Positions 44,201 to 59,300 of a stretch of 64,000 nucleotides of DNA are shown here, one piece after another. The first letter of the stretch is position 1. Every line of letters begins with the position of its first letter. The DNA is from Macrostomum lignano. Lineage: Eukaryota. The position numbers and the translations under genes were made by a program. Location of the stretch: assembly GCA_002269645.1 (NCBI GenBank), contig NIVC01001346.1:244940-308939 (forward strand), written 5' to 3'. The notes under the pieces are model-generated. The model had not been told where the DNA came from and did no database searches. It saw only the letters and a program-made list of their open reading frames with translations.

Positions 44201-46575
44201 TCCGGCCACTGGGCTATGCTGTCAAGGTTCGTGTTTATTCATAACTGTTGGCCTCTAGTTCCTCTTCAAGTGGATCCTCAGATGGCCCCTACCCTCTTCA
44301 GGTGAAACCTCAGATGGCCCTTACTCTCTTCAGGTGAATCAGATGGCCCTTACTCTCTTCAGGTGAATCAGATGGCCCTTACTCTCTTCATGTGAATCAG
44401 ATGGCCCTACCAACAGTTAATTTCAACAGTATTGACCTCTCGTTCGAAACCTCGCTTTCTTCTCGTTCCTGTCATTTTAGTTTGACTTAGCAAGGCAGGC
44501 AAAATGAAATATCTTATATTCTTATCGGTAATGTTCTTAGATACAGTTTTAGCTAGTTTCATACCTGCAAAGTTTTACGAATAGTAAGCTGAGTCTTAAA
44601 TTTTCAAATCGTCATTTGCAGGAGAGGGGACGAGGTCATTGTCACTGTTTTAGTGTGCACAATGTTCTCCCATGTTATTTGTAATCTGGCATGCTATATT
44701 TAAACCTTAATATTGTTTGTTATAAATATCTGGTAGCATAGTTTTTCGTGAATTAGCATTAATCACATGTATAAGTCACATTATTAGTCACACATGGTGA
44801 CAGTCACACATGGTGATTGTCACACAATAGTTAGTCACACATGGTGACAGTCACAATAGCTAGTCACACATGGTGACAGTCACAATAGCTAGTCACACAT
44901 GGTGACAGTCACAATAGCTAGTCACACATGGTGACAGTCACACATGGTGATTGTCACACAATAGTTAGTCACACATGGTGACAGTCACAATAGCTAGTCA
45001 CACATGGTGACAGTCACAATAGCTAGTCACACATGGTGACAGTCACACAATGGTTAGCACACATGGTGACAGTCACACTTAGTGGCAGTCACACAATAGT
45101 TAGTCACACATGGTGACAGTCACACAATCGTTAGTCACATATGGTGACAGTCACACAATCGTTAGTCACATGGTGACAGTCACACAATGGTTAGTCACAC
45201 ATGGTGACAGTCACAATAGCTAGTCACACATGGTGACAGTCACACAATGGTTAGTCACATGGTGACAGTCACACAATGGTTAGTCACATGATGACAGTCA
45301 CACAATGGTTAGTCACATGGTGACAGTCACACAATGGTTAGTCACATGGTGACAGTCACACAATGCTTATTCACACATAGTGACGGTCACAATAGCTAGT
45401 CACACATGGTGACAGTCACACAATGGTCAGTCACGCACTCTGACTGTCACATAAATGCCCCCGCAGACTCTGGCCAGACTGTGCAGCATCGGTGATGCCA
45501 GCCGTGGCAGCCTGTCGTCCTATGCCTATCTAATCCTGCTCATCCACTACCTGCAGTCGGAGGGCGTGCTGCCCTGCCTGCAGGAGCTGCACAGCGGCTC
45601 CCGCCGGCCCGAGCTGCTCATAGACGGCTGGAACGCCTGGTTTCAGGAGGATCCAGCAGAAATTTCCCGACACTGGAAGCCGGCCTGTAGGAAAAGCCTG
45701 GGCGAATTGTGGCTAGGCTTCTTGCATCACTGCTTGTACTTTGACTGGGCAACCAGCGTGGTCACTATCAGGCAGTCACGGCCGCTGCCCCGCCAGGAGA
45801 AGCTGTGGACAACTCCGCTAGCGATTGAAGATCCGTTTGATCTGAGTCACAACCTGGCCAGCGGCATGACTAAAAAGATGGCCTGGTTCATTCTCACCAC
45901 ATTCCGCAACGCTCTGGCCCGCTCCTGCGGCCGGGCCAGGCCTCACCAGATTAACGGGCCGCTATTGTCAGCCGATTTGCGACCACAGGACGAGCCGAGA
46001 GATCGCGGCTGCCAGCGCTGCGGCCGGATCGGTCACGCTGGCGGGACTGCGGCCGGGATCAGCGTCAGGCCGACCTGCTGTCGCCTGTCCGGACTCCGCT
46101 AGACGAACTGCAGCGCCAATTGAAGCTCATCGATCTGGAGGCGGCGTCATCCGGCGCCGGATCGTCGGAGGCTGCCACTGCTGCTGCTCCACAGTCGCCG
46201 CAGTCGCCGGTGCCAACTCAGGCTCGGCAGCAGCCGCATCCGGCGCAGCAGTTTCCACCGCAGTTGCATCACTTGTTGCAGTTTCCGCAGCCGAATGTTA
46301 CTCGCTATTTCTCGCCGCCTCAACAACAACAGCAGCCTCGTCATCAACATCATCATCATAATCAAGGCTATGCTCAACTGGCGACACAGATGCCGGTTCG
46401 CCTTCAGATGATGGCGCAGAGTCAGCATCATCAGCAGCAGCAGCCACAGGTGTATCCCTATTCACCTGTCGGCGCTGGCTATTATATTCAATTCGGCGTG
46501 CCGCCCGGAGCCGCTTGGCCCGGCCCATTGCCGCCCCACACAGCGGCCTATCATCAGCAGCCGCCCTATTGGTAG
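41253..46575 (+). CDS. TUT4/TUT7: Terminal uridylyltransferase, TUT4/TUT7 (ZCCHC11/ZCCHC6) type, ~1,240 aa; start codon not resolved
   Basis: Exons 41253-41908, 42282-44226 and 45467-46575. C2H2 finger YHCRACDYHC...HARDQRH; inactive NTase (GSLASG...SDVNVC); PAP-associated IEDPF; acidic linker; CCHC knuckle CSACRGSGHLRDTC; active NTase FGSCCNGFAFRDSDLDMC...AKVPIVKF...EGDLS; IGDASRGSLSSYAY; IEDPFDLSHNL. The second knuckle CQRCGRIGH-xxRDC is broken by a 1-nt loss at ~46040. Confidence 0.93.
41973..42281. repeat. 59-bp tandem repeat, ~5 copies, ending at the TUT exon 2 acceptor
   Basis: GACACATTTC occurs at 41973, 42032, 42091, 42150 and 42209. Confidence 0.95.
44270..44410. repeat. ~29-bp tandem repeat (CAGATGGCCCTTACTCTCTTCAGGTGAAT)
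   Basis: Read directly. Confidence 0.88.
44765..45450. repeat. ~28-31-bp minisatellite (GTCACACATGGTGACAGTCACA...)
   Basis: Read directly. Confidence 0.92.
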
Positions 46576-47004
46576 CCACGGCTCAGCAGTATTCCATGCG
46601 TGCTGCATCTCCCACCCCCCCCCCAATCCTCCGCTTTAGACTCCAGAGTAGTGTTTCACTTCAGAGCTCGCCCTGTTCTCTCGCTTGACAAGTCAGAGTT
46701 CGCTTTGTACGGACAGATCATTCTTTGCACAGCTTAGGTACTGACTAAAATAACCTTTTTAATAAATCTCCTCTATTGTATTTATTTTTGCCAAGTTTAT
46801 TCATCTCTATTGCGTATTTTGTCCACTCTCCCTCAGTAAGAATGAATGCTCCATTGCGCATATTGATGAAAGCATAATCTTCGCACAGTGGCAGTAGCTT
46901 TTTGGCTTGTATTTTTATGTCATTTATTTATTCATACGGCCAGAATGAGGGCGCGAATCTTGATTTTTACTGGCTAGTTTAGATTTTTGTTGCCCTTTCT
47001 CACC

Positions 47005-47660
47005 GTCCCCTCCCCCTGTTTCCCTCTCCCTGACTTCCCCTCCCTGTTCTCCCCTCTTCCTTACTTCCCCTCCCTGTTCTCCCCTCTTCCTGACTTCCCC
47101 TCCCTGTTCTCCTCTCTCCCTGACTTCCCCTCCCTGTTCTCCCTCTTCCTGACTTCCCCTCCCTGTTCTCCCCTCTCCCTGACTTCCCCTCCCTGTTCTC
47201 CCCTCTTCCTGACTTCCCCTCCCTGTTCTCCCTCTTCCTGACTTCCCCTCCCTGTTCTCCCCTCTTCCTGACTTCCCCTCCCTGTTCTCCCCTCTTCCTG
47301 ACTTCCCCTCCCTGTTCTCCCCTCTTCCTGACTTCCCCTCCCTGTTCTCCCCTCTTCCTGACTTCCCCTCCCTGTTCTCCTCTCTCCCTGACTTCCCCTC
47401 CCTGTTCTCCCCTCTTCCTGACTTCCCCTCCCTGTTCTCCCCTCTCCCTGACTTCCCCTCCCTGTTCTCCCCTCTTCCTGACTTCCCCTCCCTGTTCTCC
47501 CCTCTTCCTGACTTCCCCTCCCTGTTCTCCCCTCTTCCTGACTTCCCCTCCCTGTTCTCCCCTCTCCCTGTTCTCCCTTCTCCCTGTTCTCCCCTCTCCC
47601 TGACTTCCCCTCCCTGTTCTCCTCTCTCCCTGTCTCCCCCTCCCTCTCTTCCACTTCCCG
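47005..47660. repeat. 30-bp polypyrimidine minisatellite
   Basis: CTTCCCCTCCCTGTTCTCCCCTCTTCCTGA units. Confidence 0.95.
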
Positions 47661-48305
47661 TCTTTCGTTCCCTTCTTTACCGCAATTGATTGTCAGCTCC
47701 AAGCGATTCTAAAGTTTTTACTTTGACAAGCTTTTTATAGTCCTAATTTATACCTTTATTAACGACATTTGCTTTCTATAATTAGATTTTATAATTATAT
47801 TCTTACTAGATAGATAGTAAGAATCTAAAATCAGATTTTATATTACTTGCCGCCGTTCCCTATCTGTGTGGGTCCTCGCTATTGCTATTAAAGAGTGAAA
47901 TATTTATTTTTATAACTTATTTTTTCTCAGTCATTTTGGTTTAAAAAATTCGCCAGTTAGATATAAGGGAGATTAAGAGTAGTCGACTCTCAGCTCCTAG
48001 TGTCGCGTAGAGTTTTCTGTTTGATTGAGTATGATTGAGTGCACTCCAAATGGAAGTATTTTTCCCTCTATTCCATTGCACAATTGTTGACATTTTTCAG
48101 ACACTTCTCTTACAAAATGTACTTTCATTTCAGTAAAGTAATACAGCAGTTTTATTCTCCGATATTAGCAGGTCGAAAAGATGCCGCTTTTTTTAACGAA
48201 AATATCAACAATTAATTTTAATTACAGTCAGGCTTGCACCAGCCAGTTTGTGTTTTGTCTCTTCTATACACCTCTCTGCCAGCTAATGTTCAACTCTATT
48301 CTACC

Positions 48306-48336
<31 letters not shown>

Positions 48337-48599
48337 CACCCTTGAAAACAGCTGCTTTTGCCAGTTCCTTTTTGTTCGCTGGTAGCAACAGATCAGCTCT
48401 ATTGTGCGCGTGTTTAACTTTTTCTCGTGCAAGAGTGAAGTGCGGCTTTCTTCAACTAACTACAGTCTATTTTTTCTGTTGTAAGCTAAAAACCAAGAAA
48501 TTATTTAAAAAACACAGCAGCTTTTGTCAAAGTCCCTTGTTATTATTTGAATTAAACCGTAACGTTGAGTTCTGTTTTGCTTATTTATTTTTTATGAAA

Positions 48600-50120
48600 G
48601 ATCAGCAGCATCAATTTATCAATCATATCTAGCAGAATTATCATCAGTATCAATTTATCAATCATATCTAGCATTCTGCTAGATATGAGTGATTCTGCTA
48701 GATCTAGCAATCATATCTAGCATTCTCATGATCATCAGTATCAATTTATCAATCATATCTAGCAGAATGATCATCAGTATCAATTCATCAATCATATCTA
48801 GCAGAATGATCATCAGTATCAATTCATCAATCATATCTAGCAGAATGATCATCAGTATCAATTTATCAATCATATCTAGCAGAATGATGAGCAGTATCAA
48901 TTTATCAATCATATCTAGCAGAATGATGAGCAGTATCAATTTATCAATCATATCTAGCAGAATGATCATCAGTATCAATTTATCAATCATATCTTGCAGA
49001 ATGATGAGCAGTATCAATTTATCAATCATATCTAGCAGAATGATCATCAGTATCAATTTATCAATCATATCTAGCAGAATGATCATCAGTATCAATTTAT
49101 CAATCATATCTAGCAGAATGATGAGCAGTATCAATTTATCAATCATATCTAGCAGAATGATCATCAGTATCAATTTATCAATCATATCTAGCAGAATGAT
49201 CATCAGTATCAATTTATCAATCATATCTAGCAGAATGATCATCAGTATCAATTTATCAATCATATCTAGCAGAATGATCATCAGTATCAATTTATCAATC
49301 ATATCTAGCAGAATGATGAGCAGTATCAATTTATCAATCATATCTAGCAGAATGATCATCAGTATCAATTTATCAATCATATCTAGCAGAATGATCATCA
49401 GTATCAATTTATCAATCATATCTAGCAGAATGATGAGCAGTATCAATTTATCAATCATATCTAGCAGAATGATCATCAGTATCAATTTATCAATCATATC
49501 TAGCAGAATGATGAGCAGCATCAATTTATCAATCATATCTAGCAGAATGATGAGCAGTATCAATTTATCAATCATATCTAGCAGAATGATGATCAGTATC
49601 AATTTATCAATCATATCTAGCAGAATGATGAGCAGTATCAATTTATCAATCATATCTAGCAGAATGATGATCAGTATCAATTTATCAATCATATCTAGCA
49701 GAATGATGAGCAGTATCAATTTATCAATCATATCTTGCAGAATGATGAGCAGTATCAATTTATCAATCATATCTAGCAGAATGATGAGCAGTATCAATTT
49801 ATCAATCATATCTAGCAGAATGATGATCAGTATCAATTTATCAATCATATCTAGCAGAATGATGAGCAGTATCAATTTATCAATCATATCTAGCAGAATG
49901 ATGAGCAGTATCAATTTATCAATCATATCTAGCAGAATGATGAGCAGTATCAATTTATCAATCATATCTAGCAGAATGATGAGCAGTATCAATTTATCAA
50001 TCATATCTAGCAGAATGATGAGCAGTATCAATTCGTCAATCATATCTAGCAGAATGATCATCAGTATCAATTCATCAATCATATCTAGCAGAATGATCAT
50101 CAGTATCAATTCATCAATCA
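48600..50120. repeat. 39-bp minisatellite
   Basis: AGTATCAATTTATCAATCATATCTAGCAGAATGATCATC units; the length is a multiple of 3, giving spurious 13-aa-repeat ORFs. Confidence 0.97.
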
Positions 50121-50151
50121 CACAGCACCTACGAAACCCAAATTACAGGCA

Positions 50152-53549
<3,398 letters not shown>

Positions 53550-53689
53550 TTTTTAATAGCAGAACATTTTTGTGGTGCTGCAAAAACTGAAGTGTCTATT
53601 TGGTACTCTGTTGAAAATTGCAAGAATTTATTTCAAATCATAATAAGATTTGCCTTTTAAAATCATTCAAGAAATTTTTCTCTAGATCG

Positions 53690-54325
53690 CTAAATATCGC
53701 CTCTAGATTTCTTTGAGAAATCGCCCTCTAGATTTCAATGAGAAATCGCCCTTTAGATTTCTATAAGATATCGCCTTCTAGATTTCAATGAGGAATCGCC
53801 CTCTAGATTTCTATGAGGAATTGCCCTCTAGATTTCTATGAGAAATCGCCCTTTAGATTTCTATAAGATATCGCCTTCTAGATTTCAATGAGATATCGCC
53901 CTCTAGATTTCTATGAGGAATTGCCCTCTAGATTTCTATGAGGAATTGCCCTCTAGATTTCTATGAGGAATTGCCCTCTAGATTTCAATGAGATATCGCC
54001 CTCTAGATTTCTATGAGGAATTGCCCTCTAGATTTCTATGAGAAATCGCCCTCTAGATTTCTATGAGGAATTGCCCTCTAGATTTCTATGAGATATCGCC
54101 CTCTAGATTTCAATGAGATATCGCCCTCTAGATTTCTATGAGATATCGCCCTCTAGATTTCTATAAGATATCGCCCTCTAGATTTCTATGAGATATCGCC
54201 CTCTAGATTTCTATGAGGAATTGCCCTCTAGATTTCTACGAGCGTATGAGATATCGCCCTCTAGATTTCTATGAGATATCGCCCTCTAGATTTCTATGAG
54301 GAATTGCCCTCTAGATTTCTATGAG
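53690..54325. repeat. 25-bp minisatellite (GCCCTCTAGATTTCTATGAGGAATT)
   Basis: Recurs at 53948 and 53973. Confidence 0.95.
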
Positions 54326-55151
54326 AAATTTGAGAAACACAGCAAATATGAATACTGATAACTTAATTGATTTTTGCTTAAAATTCAGATTCCGATTCGA
54401 ATCGCCTTGATTGCCTTGACATTGATTTTCAATATTTTTATTGCTTTACAATCAATAACATACCTGACTTAATTTGATTTTCTGATTTAAAACAGGCGTG
54501 TTGCACATTCCACTCGCCCATTCTACTTTTAGTAGTGCGAGACAATGTTTTATTCAGAATTTTACTGTACCAATTAGTTTTCTTAGGGTCTTGATTTTGC
54601 AAAATCTTTTCTGGCTAAGAAATTTCTTTTTAACCAGCGTTTTATTGATTTCTAGTACTTGGATTAATTCTTTTCAATTTTTATTAGGTCGAATAAATAA
54701 TTAATACTGCCAGCATGCGATATGGAAAATGTCGAGTCTTCCGCATAGAAACTGCTTGTTTGAATATAATTTCATTCATTTAAAATAACAGGTAATTAAT
54801 AAAATAATTTAAGGGGGAGGGTACAAGTGCAATTTGTCTCAGAAAGTTCAACGAGATTCTGTTATGTGACGTGACTAAAACTGCATCAATAGCTAGTCTG
54901 TCTGCACAGCTGCCTAACACAGGTGCAAAAATTATGCGATTCAAATGGATACATTAAAGCAGCATCAATTAAGTGGATAGGTGGATATTCCTGCATCGCA
55001 TATCTACAAGAGCTATCTACTAATAATATATTGCACTGTTGAGTAGTCAATTTTTCTAACTACGACTAAACTTTGACTGGTTTTGTTTACTAAATAATGG
55101 AGCCGCGCTTCTGAAGCTAATGAGAAAGTAATGTTAAGGGTGTACGACCTA

Positions 55152-55502
55152 TTTTTTTAGGGGCAGGGGGCTGTGTGCACCCTGGCGCACTTTAAGCGAC
55201 ATTGTCACACAACCGGCGAGAGGCATTGCTGCCCATTCCGCCGACTCCCCTGAGCAGGCACACAAGCGCGCAGATACGTACGCAGTCATACGCACAGGCA
55301 CACACACACAGGAGTGTACAGCGGCCCTAACTGTATTTATCGTTAGGCATGTACACTTCACTGTGCCTTGGGGGTTGGCCCTCAAGGGCGTTAATTGCAC
55401 GAGCAGAGCCAGGTCGAGATTCCAATTTAGCCCCAAATTAATGTGACTGCACTTGGAATCGAGCCTGGGCCGCTGGCACTTCAGAGCGCCGCGTTCGGCT
55501 AC
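55152..55502 (-). mobile_element. SINE family A copy
   Basis: Same B box, body and A-rich tail as the other copies. Confidence 0.8.
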
Positions 55503-56349
55503 TTAAAAGAGTATTCGGTTCCCTATCTCTGCAGTGTATTTTTTCAGCCAACAGGCCTCATACAGGGACTACAGTAGTCCCTGGCCTCATATAATTAATT
55601 GGCCTAATTTTGTAAACCAGAATTTACCATAGACAACGGAGAGTGTCATCTCATTGGCTGAGAAAGACTTGCACTTAGCGTGTAGGAACCAATATATAGT
55701 ATTTTTTGGCGTCCAATTCAAGAACCGCGGTCTCTACTCTACGCTCTTAAATTCCTTCGAGTGGGTAGATATTTTCATGTATTTGTCTATGGCCTAAACC
55801 TTATCAGCCTCACTGTTTCGAGTTTGTATTGTATAATCCTTAGGAATTGGACAACGATTCCTTGAATTGGAAGCAAATATAGCATTGTCCAAGCTATTTA
55901 AGACTTGCTTTTCACTGTCTATGGCTCAAAAAGGGGGCTTGGGGAGCAGCCAATTTGAGAATTGAAGTCTGAAATTAATCCTTCTTTTATTTGCTGAAGC
56001 AATGTCTGCAAACAGATGACACACAGATGAAACAATCGTGTAGTGTGTCTCAAAAGCAGTGCTGGACGGATTTTAGTTCAGAGAATCAGGTCGTATTTTC
56101 TGTTGATTATGCTGCAATCGGATTCTGCTCAATCCGGCGCATCTTGAACTGCAATATGGTATTGTATATGGTCCAAGGCTTGCTCAACAAACTGTAGAAA
56201 GAATAAATTGCGCACCTCAAATTCTTAAATAACGCTGCTCAATAGACACCGTTGTTGGGCCATAGACAATAGTAATAGCTAATAGCTTGACTCCCCCACT
56301 ACGGATTGAACAGCTTGAAAAATGCCAAAAATAAAGTGGCCTCCAACGC

Positions 56350-59300
56350 CTACAACGACGACTGCAGCAGTCCGGCCGCCTGTCCGGCCTGTCTGGCCTG
56401 TTCAACGGCGCTCTCGGCCGCCTGTCCGGCTCTGGCCAGCTGATCGGTCTGGCCCCGGATGATCCGGATGTTCCAAGCAAAATTAGCGGCCGCCTTGCCC
56501 GGACTGAGGCAAGGCCGGCAGCCGCCACCAACGCCACCGCAGCCGCCGCGGCCGCCGCACTCCAATCCGTTGTAGCGGCTCATGCAGGCCGCCTCGTGGA
56601 CGCCGAGACGGGACAGCAGGCCGGGGCCTTCCTCAGACAGGCGTCTGGCCTCCGATATCATCTGCGGGGCGGGCGGGAGTTTGGGCTCTTTAATGTGGCT
56701 GTACCTAGGAATACCTAGTAGCCATGGATAACCGAGGGCGCTTTCACGTGCCAGCATCACAGGCTCGATTCCAAGTGCAGTCACATTAAGTTGTGGCTAA
56801 ATTGGAATCTCGACCTGGCTCTGCTCGTGCAATTAACGACCAGCTTGAGGGCCAACCCCCAAGGCACAGTGGAGTGTACATGCCTAACGATAAATAAAGT
56901 TAGGGCCGCTGTACACTCCTGTGTGAGTGTGTGCCTGTGCGTATGACTGCGTACGTATCCGCGCGCTTGTGTGCCTGCTCAGGGGAGTCGTCGGAACGGC
57001 AGTAATGCCTCTCGCCGGTTGTGTGACAATGTCGCTTAATAGAATTACTGCCTCTAATAATAGTATGTGACCTATGAATATCCTGTGCTAATAGGGAACT
57101 ATATTAAACTACAATCCAAATAAATGAGAAAATGTACATGTTACATCGTATAAATAGTAAGATACTACAAATGTATTCTTTTTGCGATCTAGTTTGCCAA
57201 AACTGCAATCAATTTTGCCCGCGGAAAAATATCACTTATAATTTTGCTGTCTATGCCAAGTCTGCTCAGCCATGACCAGAGTTTCAGCCACAGACAACTC
57301 TTTGAAAACTGCAATCAATTTTGCCAAAACTGCGACCTAGTTTGCCCATAGCAAAGAAAACACCACAGACATACATAGCAAGATCAAAGAATGGCCCAGC
57401 GTGGACCTTTTAACAGGATTTCAGCGAAGGACCGGCAGCGATTGATTCAAGCATATCAGGATGGAGAGGACTGGCAAGATTTCGGTAGGCTGTTGGGCAT
57501 CTCACGAAGAACCGTGACTTACATAGTTGGACAATTCAACGCAACAGGTCGTATAGAGCCTCTGCCTCGCGGAGGTGCCAAGCGGAGGTTCCTTAACAAT
57601 GCTATGATTGAGAGCATTTGTGCCTACGTCTACCATTAAAAACTCGCTGTTTATTGTTCACTGTTACAGTTTATTTCGTCACACTTCCGAATTGATTCTC
57701 AATAAAAATTCTTCTTGGCTTGCTATGGGCAAACTGGGTCGCAGTTTTGGCAAACTAGATCGCAAAAAGGTATATTAATTTGGTGATTGCCCGGAACTTT
57801 CAGCTAATTTTATAAAGTGAAATGTTTGCACACATTAACAACATTGTTAGCAAGCGATCTTTTCGTCAGTACTCTATCTTCAATAACAACAGGTGCCAAA
57901 TAATTTTTAAATAGCAATCTGAGCTCATATAAAAAATAGACAGCGCTCGTCACCTGCTCAAAGGCCGCCAGCCCTTTGCTGACCGAGTCAGGCAGACGCG
58001 GGCCCGCCGCCTCCAGCGGCTCCAGCCTCGGCCAGCCGCCGGCCGCCGTCTCCATGCGAAGGCCGGCGCAGCCAGCGAGGCCGCGAACGCAGCGCTTGAC
58101 TGCGGGACCGCCGCCGCTGCCGCCGCCGCCGCCGCCGGAGAGGCCGCAGACCTCGCGCAGCCGGTTCAACGCCTGGTCGAAGGTGTCTCGCAGTTGGGCA
58201 GCAGCCAGCAGGTCGGCCGCGGCCGCTTTGAACGCCTCGTCAGCTTCTGGTAGGCCAGTCGGCCTCAGGCGAGGACAGTCGTCGCCGCCTCGACGCTGCT
58301 GCTTGGCCGCCTTGCCAGTCAGAGGCCGGCTGGTGCTGCTTATGTGCACGAGCAGACAGCCGTTCGGCAGCGGCTTGCCAGTCTGGCTGAGCAGGCGCAC
58401 CTGCCGGTAGCCTAGATATCAATATCAAAATTTGCAATTCATTTAGTTCAAGAAAAACTAAGCGTACTTCATCGTATAAACCATCTAAGAACTGCTTCTA
58501 GATAAGTTAAGCTTAATTATATTTGCATCGCATTGAAGGTTACAAGTGTATTGAAGTGTTTTGGCGGACCATGTACAACTGAAGTAGAAGGAGGCCTACA
58601 TTAGATTTTCTTAGAAATCTTAGAAAAAATTTCTTTGATTTTCTAGTGAACGCATAGCGGCTGAATGGAGTAATGCCATAGACAAAATCGGTCGAGAAGA
58701 ACCCGATTTCTCGAGAACACGGATTCTATTAGATGGGCAGCTCCAGCCGCCTGGTCGCAGCGTGAAAACCCTGGGGTTTTGGCCATAGACTGTTGTCAAT
58801 TCGCGCCCAGTAAACAATGTGATAGAAGCACATCTTGCGCGTGCAATAATGCCATAGACACTCATGCGCTAACGTGCACTCGCGGAGCGACACAGCTAGG
58901 TAATGTAGAATCTGTGCTCGAGAGCATGCTGAATGCACTACTGCCCCCCGTGGCATCTGCCTCACCTGTCTGCAGGCAGTCCACCGGCACAGTCAGCTGA
59001 CCGATGAACTCGTCGCCAATCGCGTCATCGTCCAGCACCAGGAAGCGCAGCAGGGCGAGCTCCGGCAGGCGGACGCGGAACTCGAAGGCCTCGTCGAACA
59101 CCGGATCGAAGCCGTTGCCGCGCACTGTCCGGGTTCGCTCGGTGGCGCAGTCGCTGGCCAGACCGAACAGCTCGACCTGCGATTGAGGCAGGAGTGAGCA
59201 GTGCGGCTTCTGCTCATTTACTGCCAGGTGTGTCTAATTAATTAGCTGCTTACCCGTCATCATCATGATCCTCTAGTCATGATCCCCTTCCCACAGTTAC

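Noticed and set aside
46030-46050. Programmed ribosomal frameshift in TUT (or at the other three breaks)
   Set aside because: No slippery heptamer is visible, and four such breaks in one window are more simply explained by consensus indel errors.
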